A model generated the notes under the pieces. It was not told the origin of the DNA. It did no database searches and saw nothing but the letters and a program-made list of their open reading frames with translations. The translations under genes and the position numbers were made by a program. Below, one piece after another: positions 44,584-56,867 of a stretch of 64,000 nt of DNA. Numbering within the stretch: the stretch's first letter is position 1; every line of letters begins with the position of its first letter. The DNA is from Prorocentrum cordatum. Its lineage: Eukaryota. The stretch spans positions 1 to 64,000 of the forward strand of contig CAUYUJ010000255.1 of assembly GCA_963575745.1 (NCBI GenBank). The letters run 5' to 3'.

Positions 44584-46299
44584 TCCCCGCTCCGACTCGT
44601 GCTCCCGCTGCAGCGCTGGCGTCATCTCCAGTGCCATGCCACGGCACGCAATGCAATGCCAGGTTGATACTACGCTTTGCGGTGCTCTTCTGCGCCATGC
44701 CATGCCGTGCTCTACAATGCATCGCGTACCCTTTCGGGATCATTGCCCTGCTCGACATCCGACTGTGCGAGTAGAGAGGGGATCTACGCCATGGTAAGGG
44801 ATGGGAGGGAGGGGTAGGATGTCAGATATGACGCGAGCGCACCTAGCTTGCCCCCCCCCCTCCCCGCATGTCCGTCCCCCCCCCTCCCCTCCAGATTTAC
44901 TCTCCCGGTCTTCTTGGGAGAATTTTGCCCTGCGGCGTACCCAACCCGTCAGCATCGAAGATGTTATCAGGTGTGCCGACCACAGTGCGACAGCAACACT
45001 GCAAGAGACGGTGCACGGCGGATGCCTTTGTCGTGCGAAGCGTGCGTGGCCGACTCGCAGAACAGAGGTACAAAAGGTCCGGAGACATTCTACTGGGAAG
45101 GAGAAGCAACAAAGAGACATCGGGGAGGAAGAACAATCACCTCGGCAGAAGCAGCGAGATGATGGCGAGATCTGTTTGGGATCTGCGTGGGACCCCACTG
45201 CGCTGGCCATCCCAGCGGCCCTCAAAAACTTGAGACAGTTTCGCACGTTGCTGCCCACCAGGGGTGGCGAGGTCCCGGTTGGCTCTGCGCGGGGCCCCAC
45301 TCACTGTGCTGCCCCGCCCCAGCAGCCCTCGAAAGTGGCAACAGCTCCACACTTCGCAGCCACCCAGGGGTGGCGAGGTCCCGCTTGGCTCTGCGTGGGA
45401 GCCCCACTGTGCTGCCCCCCCCTCCCCCCCCCCCAGCAAACCCTCGAACGTGGCGGCAGTTTTGCACTTCGCAGCCTCCCAGGGGTGGCGAGGTCCCGTT
45501 TGGGGTCTGCGTGGGACCCCGCTGCGCTGCCCCATCCCCCCAGCAAGCAGGTGCAGGCAGGCGCAGGCAGGCGAGAGGGGGACAGAGGGCGGGGAGGAGA
45601 AGGAGAAGGAGAAGGGAGTCGGCACCCCACTGCTCGATTCGAAACGAGAACCCAGCCATGTAGCCATGTAGCATAAGCATAGAGATGTGGCGCTCCGCGC
45701 GGACTTCTTGGATTTGCGCTGGGAGCCCCCTCCCTGCCGCGCGGAGCGACAACAGCTTATGGTTGTGGGTTTGTTTCCTCTTCGACACCCCATCCCATCA
45801 GCTGTGCTTTCCCGGTTCCGTCGCCCGCGACGACGGCGGGGGCGCGCCTGGCAGCTGCAGCGGCGCTCATGGAGTCGTCGTGCCCTACCACCCCTCGCCG
45901 CGCTGGCCGTCAAGGGCCTCGGCGCGCGTACGCTGGGGCTGGCAGGCGGCGGCGGCGGCATGCCCGTCGTGCTGCTCTGCCCTGTCAGGGGAGGGAAGGG
46001 CGAAGGAGGACAACAAGGAGGGAGGAGGAAAGGAGGAGAAGGAGGAGGAGCAGGAGGAGGAGGAGGAGGAGGGGAGGAGGAGGATCACGAGGAGGGATTG
46101 GGAACTCCACCCCCGAGGGCGCACCGGGTCGACACAGCCGGGAGACGAGTAGATATGATGCGACCGGTCACACATCCCAGTGCAAGAGCAGACCATGCAC
46201 TGCCTGTACACAATCATAGCAACCCGCCGTGCGCGGATACGTGCGAGGCACTGCAATGCCCCTTCTACCACTGCCTCGATCACCTACACACTAACTCTG

Positions 46300-47000
46300 C
46301 GCGCTACCAGTACAATCCTCACCATCTGAAAAACACCGGAGAATAGATTCCCAGGCCGCCGCCAACGAATAGCTGACTGTAGAGCATCCCCGTCGGCGGC
46401 TTCACTTCTCTCACCACCAGAAACTCATCAAGCAGCTGTCGGGCATAGTCATTGAACCCACACACACACACATAACACTCGAAGTAACCAGCATTATCTC
46501 CCATTTGTTTGTCACCGCTTGTGAAACAAAATAACTTCAGGAACGAAGGGCCCCATGTACTCTTCCCCTGTCACGCCGACGGGACAAGGGCCGTCGACGC
46601 GCGCGACGACAGCACGCAGCATGTAGAAAACCGAAGAAGTGTCCTCTTCCATTCGGGCTGTGGCAGCACTGCTGAATCCGAAAGAGCCGTGTAACAATTG
46701 CAACTGGGCGTTTGGATGCACATGATCGTTGGTGTGCACGCCAATCTTCGTGTCCACGTCTTCGTGACTGAAGTCGTTGCCACTGCAGATGTGGAATACT
46801 GTTTGGCTCCGTCTATAAGGTAGTGATTCCGAGATGCTGGAAAAGACGGGACGTCAGAGAGCGAAGACCAGCTCAGCAGGACTGCATCCAGTGGTACCCC
46901 GCGCAGTCTCGTGCACAGGAGGCCTTTTGGCCTCAGGTTCCTCGGGGCCCTCGAGGTGTGGATCCGGGGGGGATCATGTCCAGCTTCTTCCGTTGACTTG
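46300..47000 (-). pseudogene. Possible highly decayed non-LTR RT fragment
   Basis: Non-repetitive coding-like stretch with PRNLRPKGLL (resembles the xxRPISLL RT motif) and weak downstream RT-like remnants in several frames. Confidence 0.25.
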
Positions 47001-47540
47001 TCGTGCCGACCTTGCCTGGAGTCGAGCTTCGGTCGGTGCTCATCGCGGCCTCCACCTCCAGGAGGGCCTCCGGCATAATCATCACCATCCGGGCGGTGCT
47101 CATCAGGTAGCGCGAACCGCATGTTGACGCCACTCCGTCGTGGATTGCGCCGGTGTCCTCGGTCCGTGACCGCGGTGCCTACGATGCGCGCCGCCGTGGC
47201 CAGGCCGCAAATGCAGGCAACATAACCCCGCGATGTTCAATGCGAGGGGCACTGGCGAACGGCTCCACGACGACCTTGGCTCGGCATCCTGGCGTCATTG
47301 ATACCCAGCGACATCCAGGCAACGTGCCCGTCCTCGATGCACTGGCGGAGATGCCTGATGCGGCAGGATGCTACCATCGCGCGCAGCCGGGCTCCCGTCA
47401 GCGCAAAGTGCGCTGCTCCAGCCGCGCGCCCCGGCCAGAGCGCAGGCGGCGGCCTGAGCCAACATGATGGACCCACGAACCCGGAAAGGGATATAGACAT
47501 GTGGAGCATGGACACGTTTTCATGATACCCAACTGGGCAA

Positions 47541-47683
47541 CACCTCACGAAACATCCCACGAGACACCTCACGAAACAGCCCACGAGACACCTCACGAAA
47601 CATTCCACGAGACACCTCACGAAACTTTTCACGAGACACCCCGCGAAACATTCCACGAGACACCCCACGAAACATTCCACGAC
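47541..47683. repeat. 24-bp tandem repeat (12-bp subunits), ~6 units
   Basis: cacctcacgaaacattccacgaga repeated. Confidence 0.9.
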
Positions 47684-47708
47684 GACTGGCAACCACTCAC
47701 CCAAGGCG

Positions 47709-49112
47709 GTGTGGTCGTGCTGGGGAGTGGTCGTGCTGGGGTGTGGTCGTGCTGGGGGGTGGTCGTGCTGGGGGGTGGTCGTGCTGGGGGTGGTCGTGCT
47801 GGGGGGTGGTCGTGCTGGGGCGTGGTCGTGCTGGGGCGTGGTCGTGCTGGGGCGTGGTCGTGCTGGGGCGTGGTCGTGCTGGGGGGTGGTCGTGCTGGGG
47901 TGTGGTCGTGCTGTGGTTTGGTCGTGCTGGGGTGCGGTCGTGCTGGGGTGTGGTCTTGCTGGGGTGGGGTCGTGCTGGGGTGTGATCGTGCTGGGGTGGG
48001 GTCGTGCTGGGGTGTGGTCGTGCTGGGGTGTGGTCGTGCTAGGGTGGGGTCGTGCTGGGGTGGGGTCGTGCTGGGGAGTGGTCGTGCTGGGGTGTGGTCG
48101 TGCTGGGGTGTGGTCATGCTGGGGCGTGGTCGTGCTGGGGTGGGGTCGTGCTGGGGTGGGGTCGTGCTGGGGTGGGTTCGTGCTGGGGTGCTCCGCACCC
48201 TGTGATTTTTCGATCGGGTCGTGCTGGGGTGTGGTCGTGCTGGGGTGTGGTCGTGCTGGGGTGTGGTCGTGCTGGGGTGTGGTCGTGCTGGGGCGTGGTC
48301 GTGCTGGGGTGGGGTCGTGCTGGGGTGGGGTCGTGCTGGGGTGTGGTCGTGCTGGGGTGGTCCGCACCCTGTGATTTATCGATCGGGTCGTGCTGGGGTG
48401 GTCGTGCTGGTGCTGGGGTGTGGTCGTGCTGGGGTGTGGTCGTGCTGGGGTGTGGTCGTGCTGGGGTGTGGTCGTGCTGGGGTGTGGTCGTGCTGGGGCG
48501 TGGTCGTGCTGGGGTGTGGTCGTGCTGGGATGTGGTCGTGCTGAGGTGGCCCGCACCCTGTGATTTATCGATCGGGATTTCAAAAACAAGCGTTTCGCTC
48601 GAGACATCCTCAAATTTTAATTCGCCGGCCTCCTTCGACCTCGTTATTTATCAGGGAAAAAATTCGCCGGCAATTCGCCGGCCTCCTTCAAGCAGGCACC
48701 GGGGGACTATGTTTACATACTAAAAGAGAACCCTGGGCTCGAGCCCTTTCCGGGAAAACAAACAAATTAGTCGAAACATCATCGAAATTCCTCGCGCGGG
48801 GCGCTTTTCCGCGTCGCGGTCGGCTCTGCAAAACAAGCGTTTCGCTCGAGACATCCTCGGCAAACTCTGCGGAGCAAGCGTTTCGCTCGAGACATCCTCA
48901 ACACACGAAAAAGTGGCCCGCACCCTGTGATTAATCGATCGGGATTTCAAAAACAAGCGTTTCGCTCGAGACATCCTCAAATTTTAATTCGCCGGCCTCC
49001 TTCGACCTCGTTATTTATCAGGGAAAAAATTCGCCGGCCTCCCTCAAGTTGGCACCGGGGGACAGGTTTACCTACTAAAAGAGAACCCTGGGCCGGCGCC
49101 CTTTCCGGGAAA
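47709..49112. repeat. 16-bp satellite (~50 units) plus duplicated conserved module, copy 2
   Basis: Satellite 47709-48543, interrupted by ccgcaccctgtgatttatcgatcggg; module 48544-49112 is partly duplicated. Confidence 0.85.
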
Positions 49113-51016
49113 AAGGGCCACGGAACGAGGATGGAGGAGGATGTGGTGGTGGTGGTGGAGCCGTTGGAGGCCGCAGCCTGAACATCTCGAACGCGCTGGA
49201 TATAGGAGCATCTACGAGGAAACTCCTTGTCGTTTCCGCTCCGCTGCCTGCGGAGACTCGCTCTGCAATTCTGGCAAGAAGCGACCACCGCACTAGCGGG
49301 GCCCCCCCAGCACTGCGTTCCTGAGAAGACCAGCCTCGCCCAGCACCGACGACGAGAAGGGAACGACAGGCGGGGAGAACGGCGGGCGAGACAAGCGAGA
49401 GGGGCCACGGAACCAATAGGGGAACAACAAGTGGCATCAGCATAAAAACTCGGAGGCCCGCGCGGATCCGAGAAGTCCGCGCGGATCCGAGAAATCCGCG
49501 CGGACCTCCGCACGACCCCGAGCCAAGGGCGGGAGAGCACACGCAGAAAACACCAGTCGCGGAAGAGAGGCGAGAGACGGAGGAGGAGGAGGAGGAGGAG
49601 GAGGAGGAGGAGGAGGAGGAGAGAGGAGGACGAGGAGAGGAGGAGAGGAGGAGGGGGGAGGAGGCAGGCAGGCAACGGATGGGGGCGAGGCCGCCGACCT
49701 CGGAGTGGCGAAGGGCTACCCGCCCTCCTCACTGGAGCGCACCCCCCGCCCCATGCACCTCTGCTCCTCCTCCGCCTCCGCCTCCTCCTCCTCCTCCTCC
49801 GCCTCCTCCTCCTCCTCCTCCTCCTCCTCCTCCTCCTCCTCCCTCCTCCTCCTCCTCCTCCTCTCCCCCTCCTCCTCCTCCTCCTCCTCCTCCTCCTCCT
49901 CCTCCTCCTCCTCCTCCTCCTCCTCCTCCTCCTCCTCCTCCTCCTCCTCCTCCTCCCTCCTCACGCCTCGCAAAGAATTGCTCCGCGCTTTCAGAGGCGC
50001 AGGCAGAAGCATCGGCATCCCCCCCCCTCGTCGTTGCTCCAGAGGTCGCTCCTCGCGCAGCCGCTGCCCCCGAGAGCATCCTCGGCTTCGCCAGGCTCGT
50101 CCAGCTCCGCGACGGCGAAGCCCACCCACACAAGAGTCGTCTCGTCGAGCAAAGTATCGAAACTGTTGGTGGGCCACGTCCTCCTCCTCCTCCTCCTCCT
50201 CCTCCTCCATCTCCCCCTTCTCCCTCCCTCCTCCTCCCCCCTCCCCCCCCCCTCCTCCTCCTCCTCCTCCCACTCCCCCTTCCCCTCCCCCCCCCCCCCC
50301 TCCCCCTCCCCCTCCCCTCCCCCTCCCCCTCCCCCTCCCCCTCCTTCCTCCGCCTCCTCCTGCCTCCTCCTCCTCCTCCTCTTCCTCCTCCTCCTCCCTC
50401 CTCTTCCTCCTCCTCCTCCTCCTCCTCCTCCTCCTTTAGACGATGTCGGCGAACGCTCGAGGGGGGCCGTCTTGGAAATCCGAAAGACGACCATGTGGAA
50501 GGCACGCCCGTCGCTTTGGAAGAGGACCAACACCCTGCCCATGACAAAAGTCCTCCAGGCCCGTGCGTGGGATCCGCAGGACGGCCGCGCCACACCCATG
50601 GAGACGGTCGGCACCACGAACACGTGGAGGATCCGCGCGACCCTGCTGAAGGAGACCCGCTACAGAACCATGTATGGTGGCCTGGGCACTCCCAGTGCAT
50701 GGCGCGGTCTGCGTAAGAGGTAGTGCACGAACAAGTCCCGCACCGGCCCGAACCCAGAGGACGTCAGGATCCATATCCAGCTCATGGCGATGACAAAACG
50801 ATCTGCAAGTCGATCCGCACCACCACGCCCAGGAAGACGGTCAGCACAGCGATAGCGTAGAAGATCCGCACGCTCCTGATGAAGGTCCGCACCCAATTCA
50901 TGGCAAGGATCTGTAGGCCCATGAAGAAGATCAGCTGGGCGATCCGCACCACGCCAATGGAGACGGTCGGCGCCACGATCGTGCAGAAGATCCGCACCGC
51001 GCCCCGGAATCCCGTA

Positions 51017-51192
51017 CAGTCGGGGCGTCGACCTAAGGAACCCTGAATGAGGAACGAGGCCCCTTTTTCCCATAAGTTCAACCTCGATTTCCCATGGCAA
51101 ACCTCAGGAAAACCCGAGGCAAACTTTGAAACAATCAAGGAACACCGAGCCCCTCCCCAACGAAAAGGGCTCCTTCTTCAGCGCCCCGACTG
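51017..51192. mobile_element. Tc1/mariner(pogo)-type MITE, 176 bp
   Basis: TA|CAGTCGGGGCG...CGCCCCGACTG|TA: perfect terminal inverted repeats and a TA duplication; same length as the 17998-18173 copy. Confidence 0.88.
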
Positions 51193-53991
51193 TACTCCTC
51201 GGCCTGCTCGTAGCGATTCGCGGCGCCCTCGGCGTCCAGCGCTGCGCCGGCACGGCCGGCGTTCCGCACGTCGCGTCCCGCGTCGTCCCCCCCCTTGCGC
51301 CCAGGCCGCCGAGGCGGCCGCGCGGGTCCATGCCAGGCGGAGGGGGAGTGAAGAGGCCATTGACGAGGTCCAGCTAGGAGGAGGAGGAGGAGGAGGAGGA
51401 GGAGGAGGAGGAGGAGGAGGAGGAGGTTGGCCCTCTGGGCGTACGTCAGGCGGGCACGTTCCCTTTGCCGCGTGCTGGTCGTCATGGCAGCCGCCAGCCG
51501 GCGGGCGGCGCAGGTCGATGAGAGAGGGGAGGGTGGACTGCATGAGGATGCTGAGCTGCCCACTGGACATGCAGTCTACCCCACTGCGGGGCGGAAGTAC
51601 GTCAGCCCCGATCTTCCAGGGTGTGGGTGTCTACCTTCGTCGCGAGCCACATGCGTGTGCGACGCGTCAGAGTCACGGCGGGGGGGAGGAGGGGAGGAGG
51701 AGGAAGGGGGAGGAGTAGGAGGAAACGAAGATGAGCAAGAGGAGTGCCAGTACCGCATGGTCCGGGTGCCCTCAGACGGGCTCAACGCTTCGCGGTGGGC
51801 TTCAAACACCTGTAGGGTAGAGATGCGTGGGGCGGAGGGGGCAGCATGGAGCAATCATCTGGCATCCTGCCCTGGACAGCTTTCAACACCTCAAAAGTGC
51901 AGCGGGAGCGTTGAAGGCGACCTATGATGCTCTTAGACACCGCTTATTCAGCCATAATGATGTGTATCTATCTATATATATATATATAGAAGCCACCAGT
52001 GGTGGCTCAGATCCCACTCTCGGGGGTGAGGTCGAGTGCTGGGTTGTGGAACACGGAGGCCAAGAGCGAGGCGGAAGATGCACAGGGCACGGGAGGACGA
52101 CGGCACGAGGACGACAGACGAGGTGGACGGGGCGGGGGCACCAAAGATAGTGGGAAATGCGGCCTGGGTGGGAAACGCCGAAACACAGCCCCGCGGAACG
52201 TGCATTCGGTCCGTGGTGGTCCGTCCCCCCAAAATCGTCGTGGGGTACGGCCAGCGAACGCTCGGAGGGGCCCGTCGGAGGGCGCCTGCGGTCGTGGTCC
52301 GATTGTCCTTGGCTCAGTAACATGAAAGGAGAAGGTGGAGAAGAGGAGGAGGAGGAGGAGGAGGAGGAGGAGAAGGGAAAGAGGGAGGAGGAGGAGGAGG
52401 AGAGGAGAATGGAGAAGGCTGGAGGAGGAAGTGGTTGTGGGGAGGAGGAGGGAGGAGGAGAGGAGGACCCAGGAGGAGGAGGAAGAGAAAGGAAGAGGAG
52501 GTGGAAGAGGGAGGAGGAGGAGGAGGAGGAGGAGGGGGAGAGGAGGTAGGAGGCGAGAGAAAGGTGGGGGAGAGGAGAAAAAGGGGGGGAGAGGAGGGAG
52601 GAGGAGGAGGAGGAGGAGGAGGAGGAGGAGGAGGAAGGAAATGGCGGCGGGGCCAGGAACCCTCCGCCTCACACGCCTCCTCTCTCCTCCTCCTCCTCTC
52701 CTCCTCCTCTCCTCCTCCTCCTCCTCTCTCCTCTCTCCACGGATGCCCCTCCTCCTCCTCCTCCTCTCCTCCTCCCCTCCTCCTTCCCTCTCTCCTTCTA
52801 TCTCTGCTCCTCTCCTCTCTCATCCACCACATCCTACGCCTCCTCCTCCTCCTCCTCCGCCTCCTACACCCCCCGCTGCGCATCCACCACTGGATACTCT
52901 GGAGCCTCGGGCAAGTTAATTCCTCGATGGAGTCACTAAACACATATATATATATATATATATATAGTACAGCCGGCAAAGGGCTGGAAGGGGATCGCTG
53001 CCTCCTCCTGGCAGGGTCCACGCCACGGAGGATTAACGTGAGTGCCCGTTGCGTCGCGGGCCCAGGCTTGCGGAGGCATCAAAGGCCGAGGTCCTCGACC
53101 TGCCTCTCCCCGTGTTTCCCGCACTGGGTACTGGAAGAGAGCGCATCGCCCAACACCCAATGAATGTGAAAACCGTGCACCTTGGCCAACACATCGGAAC
53201 GCCTGGGCACGCATCCTGGACACATACGTTGCGATTGGTTTCGTGTTCTGTCACCTTGTCCGCACCCCCACCCCCCATCGATCGTATTGGGGGGGGGGCC
53301 CATTTCATACTGATCTAGCTCGACGGTGATTACAAGTTGACCCTCCACAAGGAAAGCGACCCAAGACGCTTCAGCCCAGATTTCCTGGTTCTACAACCAG
53401 CTAAAAAGACACACTTAGCTTCTGAAGGGTACCTGCCCGAACCGAACTTGTTGCCTGCCGACATGATCTACTGCAACCAGATGATGTCCTACGCCTAGCA
53501 TGCTTATCAGACACCGTAACGCAGGGGAAGCGTTCACTAGGAAGTCTGAGACTTCCGGGACGACATACACACTGGCACTCGACGATCTTTGCGTATGTAC
53601 TCGAGCTTCAAGAACATTGGCCTCCAGGCGTTCCAACGGGCTTGGTTAGAAATGCACACCACATCTGGGTCCGTCTACAAGGCAAAACAAAGTCTGGCGG
53701 TCGGCGGCTATGGTTGCCTTCGCCCCCATGAGAACCACCGCGGAAAAGGCGCATAGTGCTCTGCCACGCCTAGCGACTGCGCAATACCTGGAACAGGGCC
53801 CGACGTAACTGCCGATACTTGTCCCGACCCAGGCCTAAGCGAACGCACAGACAACCCCGATCTCGTCATTCACTCGATGTCTGGCTTCAGCCCGAAACCA
53901 TCTGAGACGACCAATTGGCTGAGATGACCCCGACTTAGATGCCATCTCATCTTGCACGGAACGGCATGGAGCGGCGAGTGGAGATGATGTT

Positions 53992-54066
<75 letters not shown>

Positions 54067-54891
54067 CTGCTCCTGCTCCTGCTCATCCGCCTTCTCCGCC
54101 TTGTCCTACTCCTCATCCGCCGTGTCCCCCCCTCCCCCCTCCCCCGGACATCCAGTGCCACACGAAACCGTGACGTTTTTGGCTCACCACCTGGACTCCT
54201 AGACATCCGTGCTGGCCTCTGGGCCCTCAGGGAAACCACACCCCGACGAGAAAGTGCCTGGTTCACTCACCTCCTCCTCGCTCCTCCTCCTCCTCCTCCT
54301 CCTCCTCCTCTACTTACCTCCTCCCCTCCTTCCTTCTCTCCTCCTCCTCGTCCTCCTCCTCCTCCTCCTCCTCCCCTCTCATCCTCATCCTCCTGCGTCC
54401 TCCTCGCTTCTCCTCTTCCTCCTCCGACTCACTTCCTCTCTCTCTCCTCCGCCTCCTCGCTCCTCCTCTCCTCCTCCGCTCCTCTGCCTCTCCTCCTCCT
54501 CCTCCTCTTCTCTCCTCCTCCTCGCTCCTCCTCCCGGCCCCAGGCCTGAAGCGGGGTCAAATGGCTAGGCTACCGGGTCTGGATATTGGATCGGGTCGCT
54601 GGCGGGGAAAATCCTCCTAATCGGAACGAAAGTCGGAATCGCCGTGCCTGGTCGGGCCGCCCCGGCGATGCTTGCCCGGGAGGAGGGGGAGGAGGAGGAG
54701 GAGGGAGTGGAGGAGAGGAGGAGGATGGAGGAGGAGGAGGAGGAGGAGGAGGAGGGTGGGAGGAGGAGGAGGAGGAGAGAGGAGGAGGAGGAGAGGAGGA
54801 GGAGGAGGAGGAGGAGGAGGAGGAGGAGGGGGAGGAGGAGGAGGAGGAGGAGGAGGAGGGAGGAGGGGTAGGAGAGGAGGAGGAGGGGGAG

Positions 54892-55038
54892 GAGGAGGCG
54901 GCCCCGGCCAGCGCATTGAGGGCCACATCGGATCGGATCGCAGGCGGCAATTGCCTCCTCCTCCGAGGAGGCGGCCCCGGCCAGCGCATTGAGGGCCACA
55001 TCGGATCGGATCGCAGGCGGCAATTGCCTCCTCCTCCG
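54892..55038. repeat. 73-bp tandem duplication
   Basis: gccccggccagcgcattgagggccacatcggatcggatcgcaggcggcaattgcctcctcctccg at 54901 and 54974. Confidence 0.9.
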
Positions 55039-56766
55039 CCTCTCGTCCCCCCTCGTGCCTCTCTCTCTCCTCCCTCGGGCGCCTCCTCCTCCCCCGTCGA
55101 GTCCCGAGGCGCACGGCGGAGACGTTGCAGGAGGGCGGCTGCCGATAAGGCAGGGCAGCCTTCTGCCTGACCCCCGCTCCGCCGCGCCCGCCGCCCGGAG
55201 AAGCGAGAGCGAGCGCCGCGCGCGACGCGCGCCGGGCGCGAGCAGGCTCGCCCGCGCTCCAGCGGCGCACAGGGGCGGTCTCTGCGCCTCCTCCGCGCGG
55301 CGCGGAGCAGCAGGACGAGGCCAGGGCGGGGACGCGTTCGAGCGAGGATCCATCGCGAACCTCTGAGGTCGGGCGGCTCTGGAGAATGCCTCGGGCGCCG
55401 CGGCCTTCTCAGGGCGTTTCGGAACGCTCTGGGAGCGTTCCGGACCGTTCTGGATTTATCCTCGTCCGAGCCCCGTACGAATTAGACGAGCACTCGTTCA
55501 GCCTCTGCATGGCCTAGACGGGGCTCTGAGTGGCGCGCCACACATAGACTCGAGACAGAGAGCTCCAGCACACCCCTGGCGAAGAACTGACCGGGGGGTC
55601 CCCCATGGTGCCCAGCCTGCGGGCCTCCGGTTGGGACTCCTGCCCCTGGGACTTCCCTGGGGGATTGGGATTATTCAAAATGATCTGGTTCTTGCCATTG
55701 CCCAGCAGCCCGATTTTTTCCTGAGCGACCTCCTCAGCATCACGATGTAGATTAGATTCCACTGGGGGCCTGAGGAAGCTCCGAGACATCGCACGGGTGC
55801 CTGCATGAACAATGCGGATCCCCAAGAATTCCTCAGGACCGAATCCTGGGGAATTCCTCTGCGCATTTCTCCAGCAACCCCAACCCCAAGAACGTCTTGA
55901 ATCCTGCTGATCCCCAACGGAACCCGGAAGAAGATGACCCTCACTGTCCGAGGACTTCCCCGCGGGTCCGGATGCAGGATCTCCTACGGAATGCTGTAAG
56001 CTTCCTCGGGGCTCCTAAGGATTCCCCAGTGGAGCCCCGAAGATTTCATCAAGCGCACTTCGCGGACCCCGCGGTGCCTCGCTGCAGCGCAGCTCCCCCG
56101 CGCGAGGCTCCCGCCCGCGCGCGCGCATCCACTCGCGCAGTGCGGCGCCAAGGCCCGTCGCGGAGCGAGGCTCCCGCCGGTGCGACGAAGAGGCGCCAGC
56201 CCCGCGCGACGCCCCCGCCAACGCGCGCAGTGCCCAGTCGCGCAGCGGCGCGACACTTCCAGCCGCCAAGCGAGACCCTCCTCCTCCCCTTCCTCCTCCT
56301 CCTCCTCCTCCTCCTCCTCCTCCTCCTCCTCCTCTCCTCCTCCTTCTCCTCTCTCCTCCTCCCCTGATCCTGCTCTTCCACCTCCCCCCCCATCCTCCTC
56401 CTCCTCCTCCTCCTCCTCCTCCTCCTCCTCCTCCTCCTCCTCCTCCTCCTCCTCCTCCTCCCTCTATCCTCCGCCTCCTCTCCTCCTCCTCCTCCTCCTC
56501 CTCCTCCCTCCTCCTCCTCCTCCCTCCTCCTCTCCTCCTCCTCCTCCTCCTCCTCCTGCTCTCCTCCTGCTCCTCCTCCTGCTCGCTCCTCCTCCCCCTC
56601 CTCCTCTCCTTCCTCCTCCTCCTCCTCCTCCCCTCCTCCTTCCTCCTCCTCCTCCTCTCCTCCTTCCTCCTCCTCTCCTCCTCCTCCTCCTCCCACCCCT
56701 CCTCCTCCTCCTCCTCCTCCTCCTCATCCTCCTCCTCCTCCTCCTCCTCCTCCTCCTCCTCCTCTT

Positions 56767-56867
56767 CCCCTTCTAAGCGAAACTTCCAGCCGCCAGTCGC
56801 CGCTTCGACGCAACTGCCCCTTCTAAGCGAAACTTCCAGCCGCCAGTCGCCGCTTCGACGCAACTGC
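56767..56867. repeat. 50-bp tandem duplication
   Basis: ccccttctaagcgaaacttccagccgccagtcgccgcttcgacgcaactg occurs twice. Confidence 0.9.

Noticed and set aside
47237..48723. 458-aa and other ORFs with HPSTTTPQHD or WSCWGVVVLG repeats
   Set aside because: Translations of the 16-bp satellite.
54168..54187. Weak DinoSL-like match ccgtgacgtttttggctcac
   Set aside because: Only ~15/20 identity and no credible CDS downstream.
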